64,000 nt of DNA, from NCBI GenBank assembly GCA_902794075.1, contig CADBGE010000001.1, forward strand, positions 276,477 to 340,476, given 5' to 3'. Below are positions 1-9,051 of the stretch, in pieces (the first letter of the stretch is position 1; each line of letters opens with the position of its first letter). The notes beneath the pieces are model-generated. The model saw only the letters and a program-made list of their open reading frames with translations, searched no databases and was not told the origin of the DNA. Made by a program: the position numbers and the translations under genes. The stretch comes from an uncultured Erysipelotrichaceae bacterium (GTDB taxonomy: Bacteria > Bacillota_I > Bacilli_A > RF39 > UBA660).

Positions 1-429
1 GTCGTTATTTCTAGTATATGTATGATTTACTTCATCATAATTATATGTATTCCAATCAGCACTATGGTCAATATAACCTTCATAAAAGCCATTTCTTTTT
101 CTATAATCAAACTCGCATTCAATATCATATTTAGATAAAATTGAACTCAACTTATCTGCATACTTATGAGAAATTCTGTTTACATCCTCACGAAAGTTTT
201 CATCGTTCCAATTTAGTTCTGATTCCTCACCTGCCAAATAGTCAACAATGTAAGTCCAAAGATAAGAAGCCCTTTCCTCAATACTATTTAGTAGTTCAGG
301 ACCCCACCCAAATTCTCCAAGACCAAAATAAAGTTTAGTTTTTGGAATTTCAGGATTGTCATGTGCAATAACCAATGTATGAACACTGCTACTATTTGTC
401 TCAAAAATACCTTTACGAATTGTTTTCAT
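1..429 (-). CDS. hypothetical protein, C-terminal part cut by window edge
   Basis: Own translation of the minus strand from ATG at 429-427 (MKTIRKGIFETNSSSVHTLVIAHDNPEIPK...) stays open for all 143 codons to position 1. It is missing from the ORF track only because no stop lies in the window. A promoter-motif copy lies directly upstream. Confidence 0.55.
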   Translation of the reverse strand, partial: MKTIRKGIFETNSSSVHTLVIAHDNPEIPKTKLYFGLGEFGWGPELLNSIEERASYLWTYIVDYLAGEESELNWNDENFREDVNRISHKYADKLSSILSKYDIECEFDYRKRNGFYEGYIDHSADWNTYNYDEVNHTYTRNND

Positions 430-454
430 AATCTTAAACTTTAATAATTATTTG

Positions 455-494
455 TTGTAATTATAAAATAAAAATGATACAACAGAAATTCAAA
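455..494 (-). promoter_or_regulatory. promoter-like motif copy (variant), minus strand TTGAAT -35-like plus AT-rich -10
   Basis: gaaattcaaa at 485-494 and ttgtaattataaaataaaaatg at 455-476, just upstream of the ATG at 429. Same layout as the other copies. Confidence 0.45.
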
Positions 495-498
495 TTCA

Positions 499-744
499 TT
501 AATCTATAAATATTATGTCTCTATTTGGTGTATTGTAATTAAATATATAACGATGACCGGGACCTCTGCATAAATCTGGATGACACCACCCATAGTAACC
601 TTCTTTCATTCGGTTAATGATGTCCATATTACATTTGCAAGTTCCCTCCTTTAAGTCATCTGACAACTTTGATTGTGGTTTAGAAAATAAACCGAAGTAT
701 GGTATAACCAATTCTTGACAATGCTTACATTTTTCATCAATCAT
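499..744 (-). CDS. small Cys/His-rich hypothetical protein
   Basis: 81-aa ORF with CKHC...CKCN...WCHPDLC. No family recognised. Confidence 0.5.
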   Translation of the reverse strand: MIDEKCKHCQELVIPYFGLFSKPQSKLSDDLKEGTCKCNMDIINRMKEGYYGWCHPDLCRGPGHRYIFNYNTPNRDIIFID

Positions 745-750
745 ATTAAT

Positions 751-807
751 TAAATTTTATGTGAAGTTAATAGTTCATATTAAATTTTATGTGAAGTTAA
801 TAGTTCA
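751..807. repeat. perfect 27-bp direct repeat at 30-bp period duplicating the 3' end of the DHH gene
   Basis: taaattttatgtgaagttaatagttca occurs at 751-777 and again at 781-807. The second copy encodes the last 8 codons plus stop (ELLTSHKI*) of ORF 780-1793. Confidence 0.9.
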
Positions 808-1793
808 ATAAACTTTTCTTCTGTTATAGTGCATCCTGCTGCACCTTTATGACCACCACCATTATAATGCCTCTTTAAGTATTCTCCACAATTAAAATCA
901 GTGTCATTATTTATATTATATAAAGATAATGTCCATGATGAATCTTTGTTTCTTTTGAATACTGCACCATGTTTAACATCACCATTATTATCCAGTGATT
1001 TAAACATTATACTATTTGAACTTCCTTGCATAAACATTACGCATGTCTTTTCATCATCAACAGTCCAACTGCAGTCTCCATATTGATTAATCAAATTTTC
1101 ATTTTGAGCATCTTGATATTTTATTATATTTTGTCCAGTATCATAAATTAAATTCATCCAGGATTCAGGCATTTCTAATTCATCAGCTTCATATTTATTT
1201 TGGATGTCTTTAATTAATGTTAAAACTTGCTCAACATTTAAATTATAATAAACTGTTATTCCAATGTTAATAGTTCTAACATACTCAAAGTCATAATGCT
1301 CTCTTTCATATGACCAGCTATCCCATGCAGATAAAATTCTATATATTGTTGGAACGCTTCTTGTAGACCATTTTAAATCATAGCAATCATATAGATAACG
1401 CCAGACATTAATGATTGCACTATTGTTAATGTCACGTAATCCATTTACATTAGATAATGTAGACATTCTTTTTATTACAGGAGCATGATGATCACACCAT
1501 ATAAAATTTTGCTCGTATAATTTATATAGCATTTCCATTTTTTCATATTCATTAAAACTTATGTCTAATAATGCTACTTTTTTATATGCAGCTGGCCAAG
1601 CTTTAATTATGTCTAATGATATTTTAGATAAATCATTATAATCAGCACCAAAAAGTGCGATATCATTTTTAGATATTAATTTAGTCCTAATTAAATAATC
1701 ACATAAAATTCCTGCGCTAAATACACCATCATTGTCTTCTTTATGGTATATAATTAAATATTTTTCTGTTTCATTCATAATTTTACGCTTCAA
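780..1793 (-). CDS. DHH/DHHA1-family phosphoesterase
   Basis: 337-aa ORF with ordered DHH-family motifs: HKEDNDGVFSAG (DxD), LLDISFN, CDHHAP (DHH) and the C-terminal DHHA1 signature GGGHKGAAG. Confidence 0.75.
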   Translation of the reverse strand: MKRKIMNETEKYLIIYHKEDNDGVFSAGILCDYLIRTKLISKNDIALFGADYNDLSKISLDIIKAWPAAYKKVALLDISFNEYEKMEMLYKLYEQNFIWCDHHAPVIKRMSTLSNVNGLRDINNSAIINVWRYLYDCYDLKWSTRSVPTIYRILSAWDSWSYEREHYDFEYVRTINIGITVYYNLNVEQVLTLIKDIQNKYEADELEMPESWMNLIYDTGQNIIKYQDAQNENLINQYGDCSWTVDDEKTCVMFMQGSSNSIMFKSLDNNGDVKHGAVFKRNKDSSWTLSLYNINNDTDFNCGEYLKRHYNGGGHKGAAGCTITEEKFIELLTSHKI

Positions 1794-2160
1794 ATTTTTT
1801 CTTTAATCTTTCATATTCATCTCTTTCTTTTTGCAATGCAATCTCCTCGAAACGTTTTCTTGTGTATTCCTTTTGGGCTATTATTTCTTTTGCCCATTCG
1901 TCTACCCATTTATAGGGATCATTAAAGAAACTGTTAATTGGGATATATATCTGTTTTTGTTCTTCATCATAATAATGACCTTGATAACAATATATAATTG
2001 CTATATCGTCATTATCATAATCTCCACCACAAAATTCCGACTTAGTATCAAAGTTAAGAACACTTACATAATTCTCTTTAATGTATGAAAATATATCATC
2101 ACAATATTTAGAAAATTTTTCTGATAATGCTCGATATGTTTGAAATTCTTCTCGTGTCAT
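1783..2160 (-). CDS. hypothetical protein
   Basis: 125-aa ORF that overlaps the downstream gene by 11 nt. No family recognised. Confidence 0.55.
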   Translation of the reverse strand: MTREEFQTYRALSEKFSKYCDDIFSYIKENYVSVLNFDTKSEFCGGDYDNDDIAIIYCYQGHYYDEEQKQIYIPINSFFNDPYKWVDEWAKEIIAQKEYTRKRFEEIALQKERDEYERLKKKFEA

Positions 2161-2166
2161 AATATC

Positions 2167-3093
2167 TTAAAAATTATTTGTTCTAATATTATATAGCATT
2201 TCATCGCATGTTAAATTTTCAATATCATGCATTTCTTTAACAATAGATGATTTAGAATAGGTACCATTTACAAGATCCATATAGAATGTATGTGTACCAT
2301 CATCACCTTGATATAATTCAGAATATTCATCATCTGAAATATTCAACGTATTCTTTACATCAAGTTGTTCAAGCGCAAGGTTATCAAATGAAAGTACATT
2401 AAACTTATGTTTATCTTTATTAGCTTCCTGTAGATATTTCTTATATGAATCAATATTTCCAAGTGGATCTAAATATTCATCATAAGCAATGCCTCGACCT
2501 TTCCTCTTAAATCCCAACATAAGAACTTTATAATTCTTATATTCAAGTTTCTTAAATTCACTAATCGGAGTAACACCTACAATGGTGTGCACAACTAAAT
2601 TAGGAAACCATTTACAGCATTCATAAAAATCATTTGAGAATTTTTTTAATGATACTCCGACACCCTGAATTAACCCAATGTTTGTCCATGTAAAAAGCTT
2701 TGAATAATTATCCTCAAATTGCTTTTGATTTACCGTAATATTAACAAATACACCTTTTGTTTTGAAGAACTTTAAGAAATCAATTAGCTGAGGATGGTCA
2801 AGATCATTGCCATTAATAGCAAGTTCTGTACCTTTATGAACATGATTCATCCATTCATATGCAGGTGTTCCATCTTCTTTAAATAGTGTAGCATGCTTAC
2901 CTTCATTTGAACAACCTTCATAGCAAAATGGACAATTCTGTGAACATTTATCAGTAATCTTCACATCCATATTTTCCGGGAAATCTGCAATGAATTCAGT
3001 AGCATTATCATCAATAGTCTGACGAATTTTTGTACCGTTATCATATAACTTCACAATGTAATTTCCGTTCTTATATATTGCAATTGTTTTCAT
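2167..3093 (-). CDS. radical SAM domain protein
   Basis: 308-aa ORF with CSQNCPFC (CxxxCxxC iron-sulfur cluster motif) near the N-terminus. Substrate unknown. Confidence 0.65.
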   Translation of the reverse strand: MKTIAIYKNGNYIVKLYDNGTKIRQTIDDNATEFIADFPENMDVKITDKCSQNCPFCYEGCSNEGKHATLFKEDGTPAYEWMNHVHKGTELAINGNDLDHPQLIDFLKFFKTKGVFVNITVNQKQFEDNYSKLFTWTNIGLIQGVGVSLKKFSNDFYECCKWFPNLVVHTIVGVTPISEFKKLEYKNYKVLMLGFKRKGRGIAYDEYLDPLGNIDSYKKYLQEANKDKHKFNVLSFDNLALEQLDVKNTLNISDDEYSELYQGDDGTHTFYMDLVNGTYSKSSIVKEMHDIENLTCDEMLYNIRTNNF

Positions 3094-3096
3094 ATT

Positions 3097-3312
3097 TTAA
3101 CTAATCTTTTTAATTAGTTTGTATAGCTCTTTCATTTTTTCAATAATCTCTTCTTTCAATTCATCATCAGGATAATCCATCATTTCGGTCTGAATTGTTG
3201 ATTCAATGATATTAAAATGACTTGACGATGTGATGTCATCACTGTCTTGCCATGTTGCTAAGCATACCTTTAGCGTTTCACATGCGTCAATTTGATTTTC
3301 AGTTGCCTTCAT
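3097..3312 (-). CDS. hypothetical protein
   Basis: 71-aa acidic ORF packed tightly between its neighbours. Confidence 0.5.
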   Translation of the reverse strand: MKATENQIDACETLKVCLATWQDSDDITSSSHFNIIESTIQTEMMDYPDDELKEEIIEKMKELYKLIKKIS

Positions 3313-3314
3313 AC

Positions 3315-4049
3315 TTATGACAATACTTTTAACAGTTCTTCATATTTCTTTTTACTTTTCACAATACCTTTGTTCAAATACATAATATCTTCTATTTTTG
3401 CTGGACGATATACTGTATCATTTACATTCCCCATAGTAGCATTTTCTGGAGCAATATGGAAACCTTCATCATTAAAGTCAAAGTCATCTGGATTCTTTTC
3501 TCTAGCAAAATAATAATGAACACAGCTATCTTCATCAATATTCTTAAACTTAAAAACAAAATGGTCTGTTGCCAAAATGTCTCCGGATCTTGCATCTCTG
3601 ATTGTCCATTTTTTATATTTTTTGTCAATCAAATCATGAGGAATATGATAATCATCACCATCAATATCAAGTAATTCATATGTTGTGTCCAATACTTTAT
3701 TAATAAAATATATTTCACCACACTCATCTATAATGCAATCTCCTTCAGAAAATTTAGCTATTTTCTGACTATTTTTTGTAGGATCAATATATGCAGAATA
3801 GATAATATCTTTAAGCCATACTCTTAAGTATTCCTCATCTATATATGATAATACCTCTTGAAGATTTTGTTCATCATTTGAACTCCATTGAAGTTTTCCT
3901 CCTTGTTTTTCTATCCATGCAATCCATTCATCGTGAACTGCTTTGTTACTGGACGAAACCCCGGAAACTACTTTATGATATTGAATTAAATCATTCTTTA
4001 TTATATCATCTTTAGTTTGCTCCATATTCTCTAAATTTTGTTTTGCCAT
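3315..4049 (-). CDS. modular repeat-family protein (short member)
   Basis: 244 aa. Shares WIAWIEKQGGK (compare WLEKQGEQK) and the WTIRDARSGDIL module with 4945-6321 and 20560-23028. Confidence 0.6.
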   Translation of the reverse strand: MAKQNLENMEQTKDDIIKNDLIQYHKVVSGVSSSNKAVHDEWIAWIEKQGGKLQWSSNDEQNLQEVLSYIDEEYLRVWLKDIIYSAYIDPTKNSQKIAKFSEGDCIIDECGEIYFINKVLDTTYELLDIDGDDYHIPHDLIDKKYKKWTIRDARSGDILATDHFVFKFKNIDEDSCVHYYFAREKNPDDFDFNDEGFHIAPENATMGNVNDTVYRPAKIEDIMYLNKGIVKSKKKYEELLKVLS

Positions 4050-4063
4050 AATTTTATTTTTTT

Positions 4064-4106
4064 TAATTACAAAATTAAAATAGTAATGAGGTCACAAAAA
4101 TTCAAA
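4064..4106 (-). promoter_or_regulatory. promoter-like motif copy (variant)
   Basis: aaattcaaa at 4098-4106 with ttaattacaaaattaaaatag at 4064-4084, upstream of the ATG at 4049. Confidence 0.45.
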
Positions 4107-4123
4107 AATCGATATAGAATTTT

Positions 4124-4333
4124 TTAATCGTTATATGATAAATTATATTTAGATAATTCTTGTTCAAGTCGTTCTTTATATAATAGAATCATGTTCTTTC
4201 CATCATCTAAACATTTTACGAGTTCACGATTATCAGTTTCATTATATAACATATTGAACTTGTCAATAAGTTCTTCAGTCTCTTCTATTTTATAAACTAA
4301 ATTAGCTATATTTGTTGCCTCTTCCCGTGTCAT
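4124..4333 (-). CDS. hypothetical protein
   Basis: 69-aa ORF (MTREEATN...). Confidence 0.5.
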   Translation of the reverse strand: MTREEATNIANLVYKIEETEELIDKFNMLYNETDNRELVKCLDDGKNMILLYKERLEQELSKYNLSYND

Positions 4334-4336
4334 AGT

Positions 4337-4846
4337 TTAATTAAGTTTAAGTTCATCAATTTCGTTTCTTAGTTTTTCAAGTTCTTCCTCTTTTTTCTTT
4401 ATCTGCTTTTCTATTTCATCTTTCTGCTGTTCATGATTAGCAAAATAATTCCCATATTCAATTGCCAAATTTGATATTCTTTTATAATATTCTTCATTAT
4501 TTTCTAATCTATTGCGTTGAACTTCAAAATATGAATATGTATCGTATCGTGGAGACATATCAACAACATCAGTATAACCTTTTTCTTTTAATGATATTAG
4601 ATAATTAATAACTTTATCAATATTATTACCATTATCATACCAAAAATCATCAGGAACTATATCTTTACTATCCATTGTCATTGTTTTATGTGATTCATCC
4701 CTTTTATTAATTGTTTCAATAGTTTTTTGAATAACATAAGATGAATAACCATAATCTTTTAAAGTATGTGTTACAATATCTTCAACTGTTGTATACATAT
4801 CATACTTCTTTTTATTCTGCTTCATTTTTAAGTTCTTTAATTTCAT
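4337..4846 (-). CDS. hypothetical protein, paralog of 30537-30992, coiled-coil C-terminus
   Basis: 169 aa. Blocks are collinear with 30537-30992 (GYS..VI...IET, L..LK..GYT, NEE.(Y/F)KRI, and a K/E-rich C-terminal heptad-like tail). Confidence 0.6.
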   Translation of the reverse strand: MKLKNLKMKQNKKKYDMYTTVEDIVTHTLKDYGYSSYVIQKTIETINKRDESHKTMTMDSKDIVPDDFWYDNGNNIDKVINYLISLKEKGYTDVVDMSPRYDTYSYFEVQRNRLENNEEYYKRISNLAIEYGNYFANHEQQKDEIEKQIKKKEEELEKLRNEIDELKLN

Positions 4847-4869
4847 TATAACTGTTATTGACTTTAAAA

Positions 4870-4910
4870 ATTACGATTATAAAATATAAAAATAGTGCTA
4901 AAAATTAAAA
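4870..4910 (-). promoter_or_regulatory. 41-bp conserved promoter motif, class copy 1
   Basis: attacgattataaaatataaaaatag...aaattaaaa. The distance between the two submotif starts is exactly 32 nt, as in the other five copies. It lies 24 nt upstream of the ATG at 4846. Confidence 0.6.
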
Positions 4911-4944
4911 CAATTTAAAATTTTTAACACTATTTTTTCTAAAT

Positions 4945-6321
4945 CTAATTTATAAATATTTTATGCCACAGTTCTTTCTTTTCACTGTCCCATTTATAAT
5001 CTGAATCATGCAATTTATTAAATAACATATTACGCTGTTCTTCAGTTGCCGGTTGTACACCTATTAACCTGGTCCAATTATTATTATGATTATCATAATT
5101 ATCGCCAATTGATAATTCTCCTCGATAATTTAAACCAAAATATGCACCTAGACTATCACATGTATAATGTCCATTATATACAAATGGTTGTTTATATAAT
5201 GAACTGATAAGAACATCTCCACACCTAGCATCAGAAATATTCCACAATCTTGCAATATTGTCTATATCCCAATCATAGCTATTATGGATGCCATCACCAA
5301 TTGATGTTGTCCTATAATAACCATTTACGACTTCATCAATATGCAAAATCAATCCATTAAAAACAATCCAATCACCAACGTTAAATTTATTCTTAATCAA
5401 TGTCCAATTATCTTCTTCAGAAAATGGAATAGGTCCTATCATAGAATCTGTTGTATATGAATCATTAGTTATGCCAATAATAGTAACTAATTGGGTCTCA
5501 TCACCACAATGAACCTTATCTCCAACTTTAAATTTTGTAATTCTTTTTGGCTCTTTAGTTACCGAATTCCATTCCAATCCCGCTTCTTTCATCTTGTGGA
5601 AAAGCAAGTCACACTGCTCTTTTGTTGCTGGATGAATATTATATACAAACGCATTGTAATACATTCTATTTTGAAGCACTAAAGAACTTTCATTATATAA
5701 AGAACAATAGCTGTGAATATAGTCCTGGTCTTTTTCTACATTCTGATATATACAAATAGTCGGAGTTATATTTGGAAGTTTTTCTATATCACCACCAATT
5801 TCAGCTTTATTTATATTACACACAAGCACATCGCCATCTCTTGCATCAGAGATGGTCCAAAGCCTCATACATATCTCATGATTGTATGGAATAATATATG
5901 GAATAATACCATGAGGCAGTCCATTTATTTCAACATAATATCCTTTTTCATCAATTTTTGTTATACAACGAACAGCTTCATAATTGTCTCCACTATATAA
6001 AATCCAATCACCAACCTTAAACTTCGGTTGGACTTTATCCGCAAACTTCTGCTCGCCTTGCTTTTCAAGCCAAGCAAGCATATCATAACAATCTACATTA
6101 TTATGATCCAGTATGCCTTCTCCAATATTATTAAGTACTAAATCAATAATTGCTTTCCTTATCTTTTTGTCATTATTCTCTTTAGGTTCTTTAAGTTCAG
6201 GAAAGATATATTCACAAGTGGTAGTACCTGCTTCAACATCAATGTCTTTTCCGTTATTTAACGCTCTTGCCCTTTCTAAAGCCTCGTCATATGCTTTTGC
6301 TTTTTCAATTATAGTTTTCAT
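4945..6321 (-). CDS. modular repeat-family protein
   Basis: 458 aa. N-terminal KAKAYDEALERA...FPELKE...WLEKQGEQK module, then two units of KFKVGDWI / W.ISDAR.GDVL beta-rich domain plus (H/Q)PAT(K/E)EQ..(L/M)LF.K(M/L)...(E/K)W(N/D)S..KE helix. Confidence 0.65.
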   Translation of the reverse strand: MKTIIEKAKAYDEALERARALNNGKDIDVEAGTTTCEYIFPELKEPKENNDKKIRKAIIDLVLNNIGEGILDHNNVDCYDMLAWLEKQGEQKFADKVQPKFKVGDWILYSGDNYEAVRCITKIDEKGYYVEINGLPHGIIPYIIPYNHEICMRLWTISDARDGDVLVCNINKAEIGGDIEKLPNITPTICIYQNVEKDQDYIHSYCSLYNESSLVLQNRMYYNAFVYNIHPATKEQCDLLFHKMKEAGLEWNSVTKEPKRITKFKVGDKVHCGDETQLVTIIGITNDSYTTDSMIGPIPFSEEDNWTLIKNKFNVGDWIVFNGLILHIDEVVNGYYRTTSIGDGIHNSYDWDIDNIARLWNISDARCGDVLISSLYKQPFVYNGHYTCDSLGAYFGLNYRGELSIGDNYDNHNNNWTRLIGVQPATEEQRNMLFNKLHDSDYKWDSEKKELWHKIFIN

Positions 6322-6323
6322 AT

Positions 6324-6716
6324 TTATTCTATATTGTTAAATTTATCCTCAAGTGAGTTTAACCATTCAAGGCGTTCGTTTTTTCCTTCTTTACTGATAT
6401 ATGTCATTTGATCTACATCTCTCATTAAAGTAAAAGCCATTACTCTATCATTATCATTCCATATAGGTTGCCTTTTTCCTTGATTTTCAAGCCAAGTAAT
6501 TGCTGCCTTAAATTGGTCTTTGAATTGCTCGTCAGTTCTTCGCAATCCATCATAAAGATACTCAAGTATCCAATTTTTAGATTGCTCATCATCTGACTCT
6601 TTGAGCTCAGGAAAAATTCTTTCTAATGTTGCTTTAAGATGTTTGTCTTCATCTTTATAAGCAATAGATGCTTTCTCAAGTGCTCCCTTATATCTTTTTT
6701 CATAATTTAAACTCAT
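6324..6716 (-). CDS. modular repeat-family protein (N-terminal module only)
   Basis: 130 aa. KRYKGALEKA...IFPELKESDDE...WLENQGKRQ matches the N-terminal module of 4945-6321 and 20560-23028. Confidence 0.6.
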   Translation of the reverse strand: MSLNYEKRYKGALEKASIAYKDEDKHLKATLERIFPELKESDDEQSKNWILEYLYDGLRRTDEQFKDQFKAAITWLENQGKRQPIWNDNDRVMAFTLMRDVDQMTYISKEGKNERLEWLNSLEDKFNNIE

Positions 6717-6751
6717 GAATATCTAACTTTTAATTATTAAATTCTAATTAT

Positions 6752-7426
6752 TTAAATTATCTTAATGCAAAGTGATGTATTATTTTCTAAGTCCATTATG
6801 GCATGTTCATAAAATTCTTTCAACGAAGCAGATTTTGTTTCATTTATTAATTTTTTAAAATCTTCAATTGTTTTACTGACATCATCTTTCTTAACACATT
6901 TTAATGCCTTCCACTTATATCCTCCGTCAAACCAAAAATTATATCTTGATTCATCTTTCCAATTCTCATGATACACTGGCATGTACTTGTGCATGGTTTT
7001 GGGGTTATGGACCTTGTCTGGCATGTACATCACCATGTTTTCTGGAATATTCATACCTTCAATAAAGAAGTGAAGAATCTGAAGAAAATTCTGCAACATC
7101 GGAAGGTAATACTGTTTAAACAAGTCAGTATCCTCAATTGGTGTTTCAAAAATACGGGGATTATAAATTAGGATTCCAAGCATCGAATGAAAATCATGAT
7201 AAATTGTTGACATTGTAGCAAACCACGGAGAATCATAATCTTCATATTCTTTATTGAATCTTAAATAAGAATATAATTCAAACACTTCTTCATACATTGG
7301 GTATATCTCACGTTTGAACATATGAAACTTGAAGCTCATCCAATATGGATGTTCCTTAATTGTATCATGTAGTTCCTTTAATCTATTTAATGCTAAATCT
7401 ATTGTCATACTTTTCAAAATATTCAT
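6752..7426 (-). CDS. hypothetical protein
   Basis: 224-aa ORF. No family recognised. Confidence 0.55.
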   Translation of the reverse strand: MNILKSMTIDLALNRLKELHDTIKEHPYWMSFKFHMFKREIYPMYEEVFELYSYLRFNKEYEDYDSPWFATMSTIYHDFHSMLGILIYNPRIFETPIEDTDLFKQYYLPMLQNFLQILHFFIEGMNIPENMVMYMPDKVHNPKTMHKYMPVYHENWKDESRYNFWFDGGYKWKALKCVKKDDVSKTIEDFKKLINETKSASLKEFYEHAIMDLENNTSLCIKII

Positions 7427-7628
7427 AAAACTCCAGAACAGAATCTATAATGTTATGTTTTGTATTTTCTAAACATGTGTCATTCATAACACTTTCATAC
7501 GCTTCTTTCCAAGTCCAAGTATTTTTTCCTGGTTGAGGTGCAGCAACATAAATACCATCTTCACCACATTCAAGCATAGACTTTTTAATTTCTGTTAATG
7601 CTATTTCTTTTGCTTGTTCTCGTGTCAT
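7383..7628 (-). CDS. hypothetical protein
   Basis: 81-aa ORF (MTREQAKE...) with a 44-nt overlap on the next gene. Confidence 0.5.
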   Translation of the reverse strand: MTREQAKEIALTEIKKSMLECGEDGIYVAAPQPGKNTWTWKEAYESVMNDTCLENTKHNIIDSVLEFYEYFEKYDNRFSIK

Positions 7629-7640
7629 AATCTTTTCTTT

Positions 7641-7802
7641 TTATGTAAAATATTTTACACCATTAGATGTATAAGCAAATCCCCAAGCTGACTTCCTCAT
7701 TTGTTCATCTCTTTTCAGCTCTGCAAAGGTGATTGGAGGTAATCCTAATTTTTTGCACCATTCATTGCCTTCTTCTAAATTTTTAAAATCTTCCTTTGTC
7801 AT
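7641..7802 (-). CDS. small hypothetical protein (below ORF-track cutoff)
   Basis: Own translation: MTKEDFKNLEEGNEWCKKLGLPPITFAELKRDEQMRKSAWGFAYTSNGVKYFT*. It fills an otherwise empty gap on the coding strand. Confidence 0.35.
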   Translation of the reverse strand: MTKEDFKNLEEGNEWCKKLGLPPITFAELKRDEQMRKSAWGFAYTSNGVKYFT

Positions 7803-7932
7803 ACGTTATTAACAATATTATAAATTCGTTCTAATATATCAATTGTGACATATCGTGAGTCAAGTTTATTAACAATCTTCTCAATAAGTCTTTTTCTTTT
7901 TTCTTCTTTTGTCATACAAATTGAATTTTTAA

Positions 7933-7973
7933 ATTACGATTATAAAATAAAAATGTTTTCACAAAAATTCAAA
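7933..7973 (-). promoter_or_regulatory. 41-bp conserved promoter motif, class copy 2
   Basis: attacgattataaaataaaaatg...aaattcaaa with 32-nt internal spacing, upstream of a short ORF starting at 7915. Confidence 0.6.
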
Positions 7974-8023
7974 TTTTAATGAAAACATTTTAGTAAATAT
8001 ATATTAATAATGGTTTATCTTCC

Positions 8024-8629
8024 TTAATCAATAATTTTTACAAGTTCACTGCTAGAACAATTTTTTTGTCCTTTAACTAGCCAATGACAATATTCTGGTG
8101 AAGTTGACTGATAATAGCCATCATCAAAATACTCCCAATATTTTCCATCCACACTTGTCAATACTCTATATTTAAAATCAGGCCCATCGCCTTCAAGAAC
8201 AATATCACCAGCCTTAATAAATTTACTTGATATTTCAAAATCAGAAAAACGTCTACCGTCAAATGTAGTATCATCAACAAGACTTAATAGACGTTCTACA
8301 TCTTTATCAGTATGTCCATCCCAATGTGGAGCCTTATATAATTCATCACAATGGAAATAATCCCAATACTTATTTTCGTAATGATATGTATATGTTCCAT
8401 CCGGCGTATCGATGCCTACGATAAACCAACCACCGTCAAAACATAAGTTTCCGTCTTCATGACGATATGATTTCCAACTAATATCAGGATAAGTTTTTAC
8501 TAAAGCAGCAAATAATACCATTCGTTGAAAATATAATGAATCATATGTATGGAAACCATCAGACAATTCACCAATATCATTAATTTTGTCAATTTGAGAC
8601 AAAATATATTCTTTATCTTTTTCTTTCAT
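8024..8629 (-). CDS. hypothetical protein
   Basis: 201-aa ORF. The N-terminus MKEKDKEYIL only weakly resembles the shared leader described in the findings. Confidence 0.55.
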   Translation of the reverse strand: MKEKDKEYILSQIDKINDIGELSDGFHTYDSLYFQRMVLFAALVKTYPDISWKSYRHEDGNLCFDGGWFIVGIDTPDGTYTYHYENKYWDYFHCDELYKAPHWDGHTDKDVERLLSLVDDTTFDGRRFSDFEISSKFIKAGDIVLEGDGPDFKYRVLTSVDGKYWEYFDDGYYQSTSPEYCHWLVKGQKNCSSSELVKIID

Positions 8630-8642
8630 GATTATAAAATAT

Positions 8643-9032
8643 TTAAATCTTCTTATTTTCTAACAACCAACAAACCATGTCAAATGCAGCATCAATAGGA
8701 TCACAATACCAATCTGTACAATACATTGTTGATCTATAAACTATATGCCACATGTTATTGTCAAAACCCTTACATAGATCTGGTTGGCAACCGCCGTCGT
8801 TAATAAAGTCTTCATCATATAACTTTGGCATCAACTCCATCAATGCGGATAGACTCCATGCTGGTATATAATTTTCAGGTTCACTTACCTCTTCCTTTAC
8901 TCTAAGTACTTGATATTTAGGACCATCTGTATGCAATCTCCCACACATCCAAATCATATCAGCCGTATTGACATCAATCCCTAATTCTACAAGTCTTTGA
9001 GATTGTTCAAGAGATGTACAAATATTAGTCAT
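8643..9032 (-). CDS. hypothetical protein, MTNICTS paralog family member 1
   Basis: 129 aa. MTNICTSLEQSQRLVELGIDVNTADM...AWSLSALMELMP...PIDAAFDMVCWLLENKKI is nearly collinear with 9052-9453. Confidence 0.6.
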   Translation of the reverse strand: MTNICTSLEQSQRLVELGIDVNTADMIWMCGRLHTDGPKYQVLRVKEEVSEPENYIPAWSLSALMELMPKLYDEDFINDGGCQPDLCKGFDNNMWHIVYRSTMYCTDWYCDPIDAAFDMVCWLLENKKI

Positions 9033-9051
9033 AATGTTATTTAATAATTTA

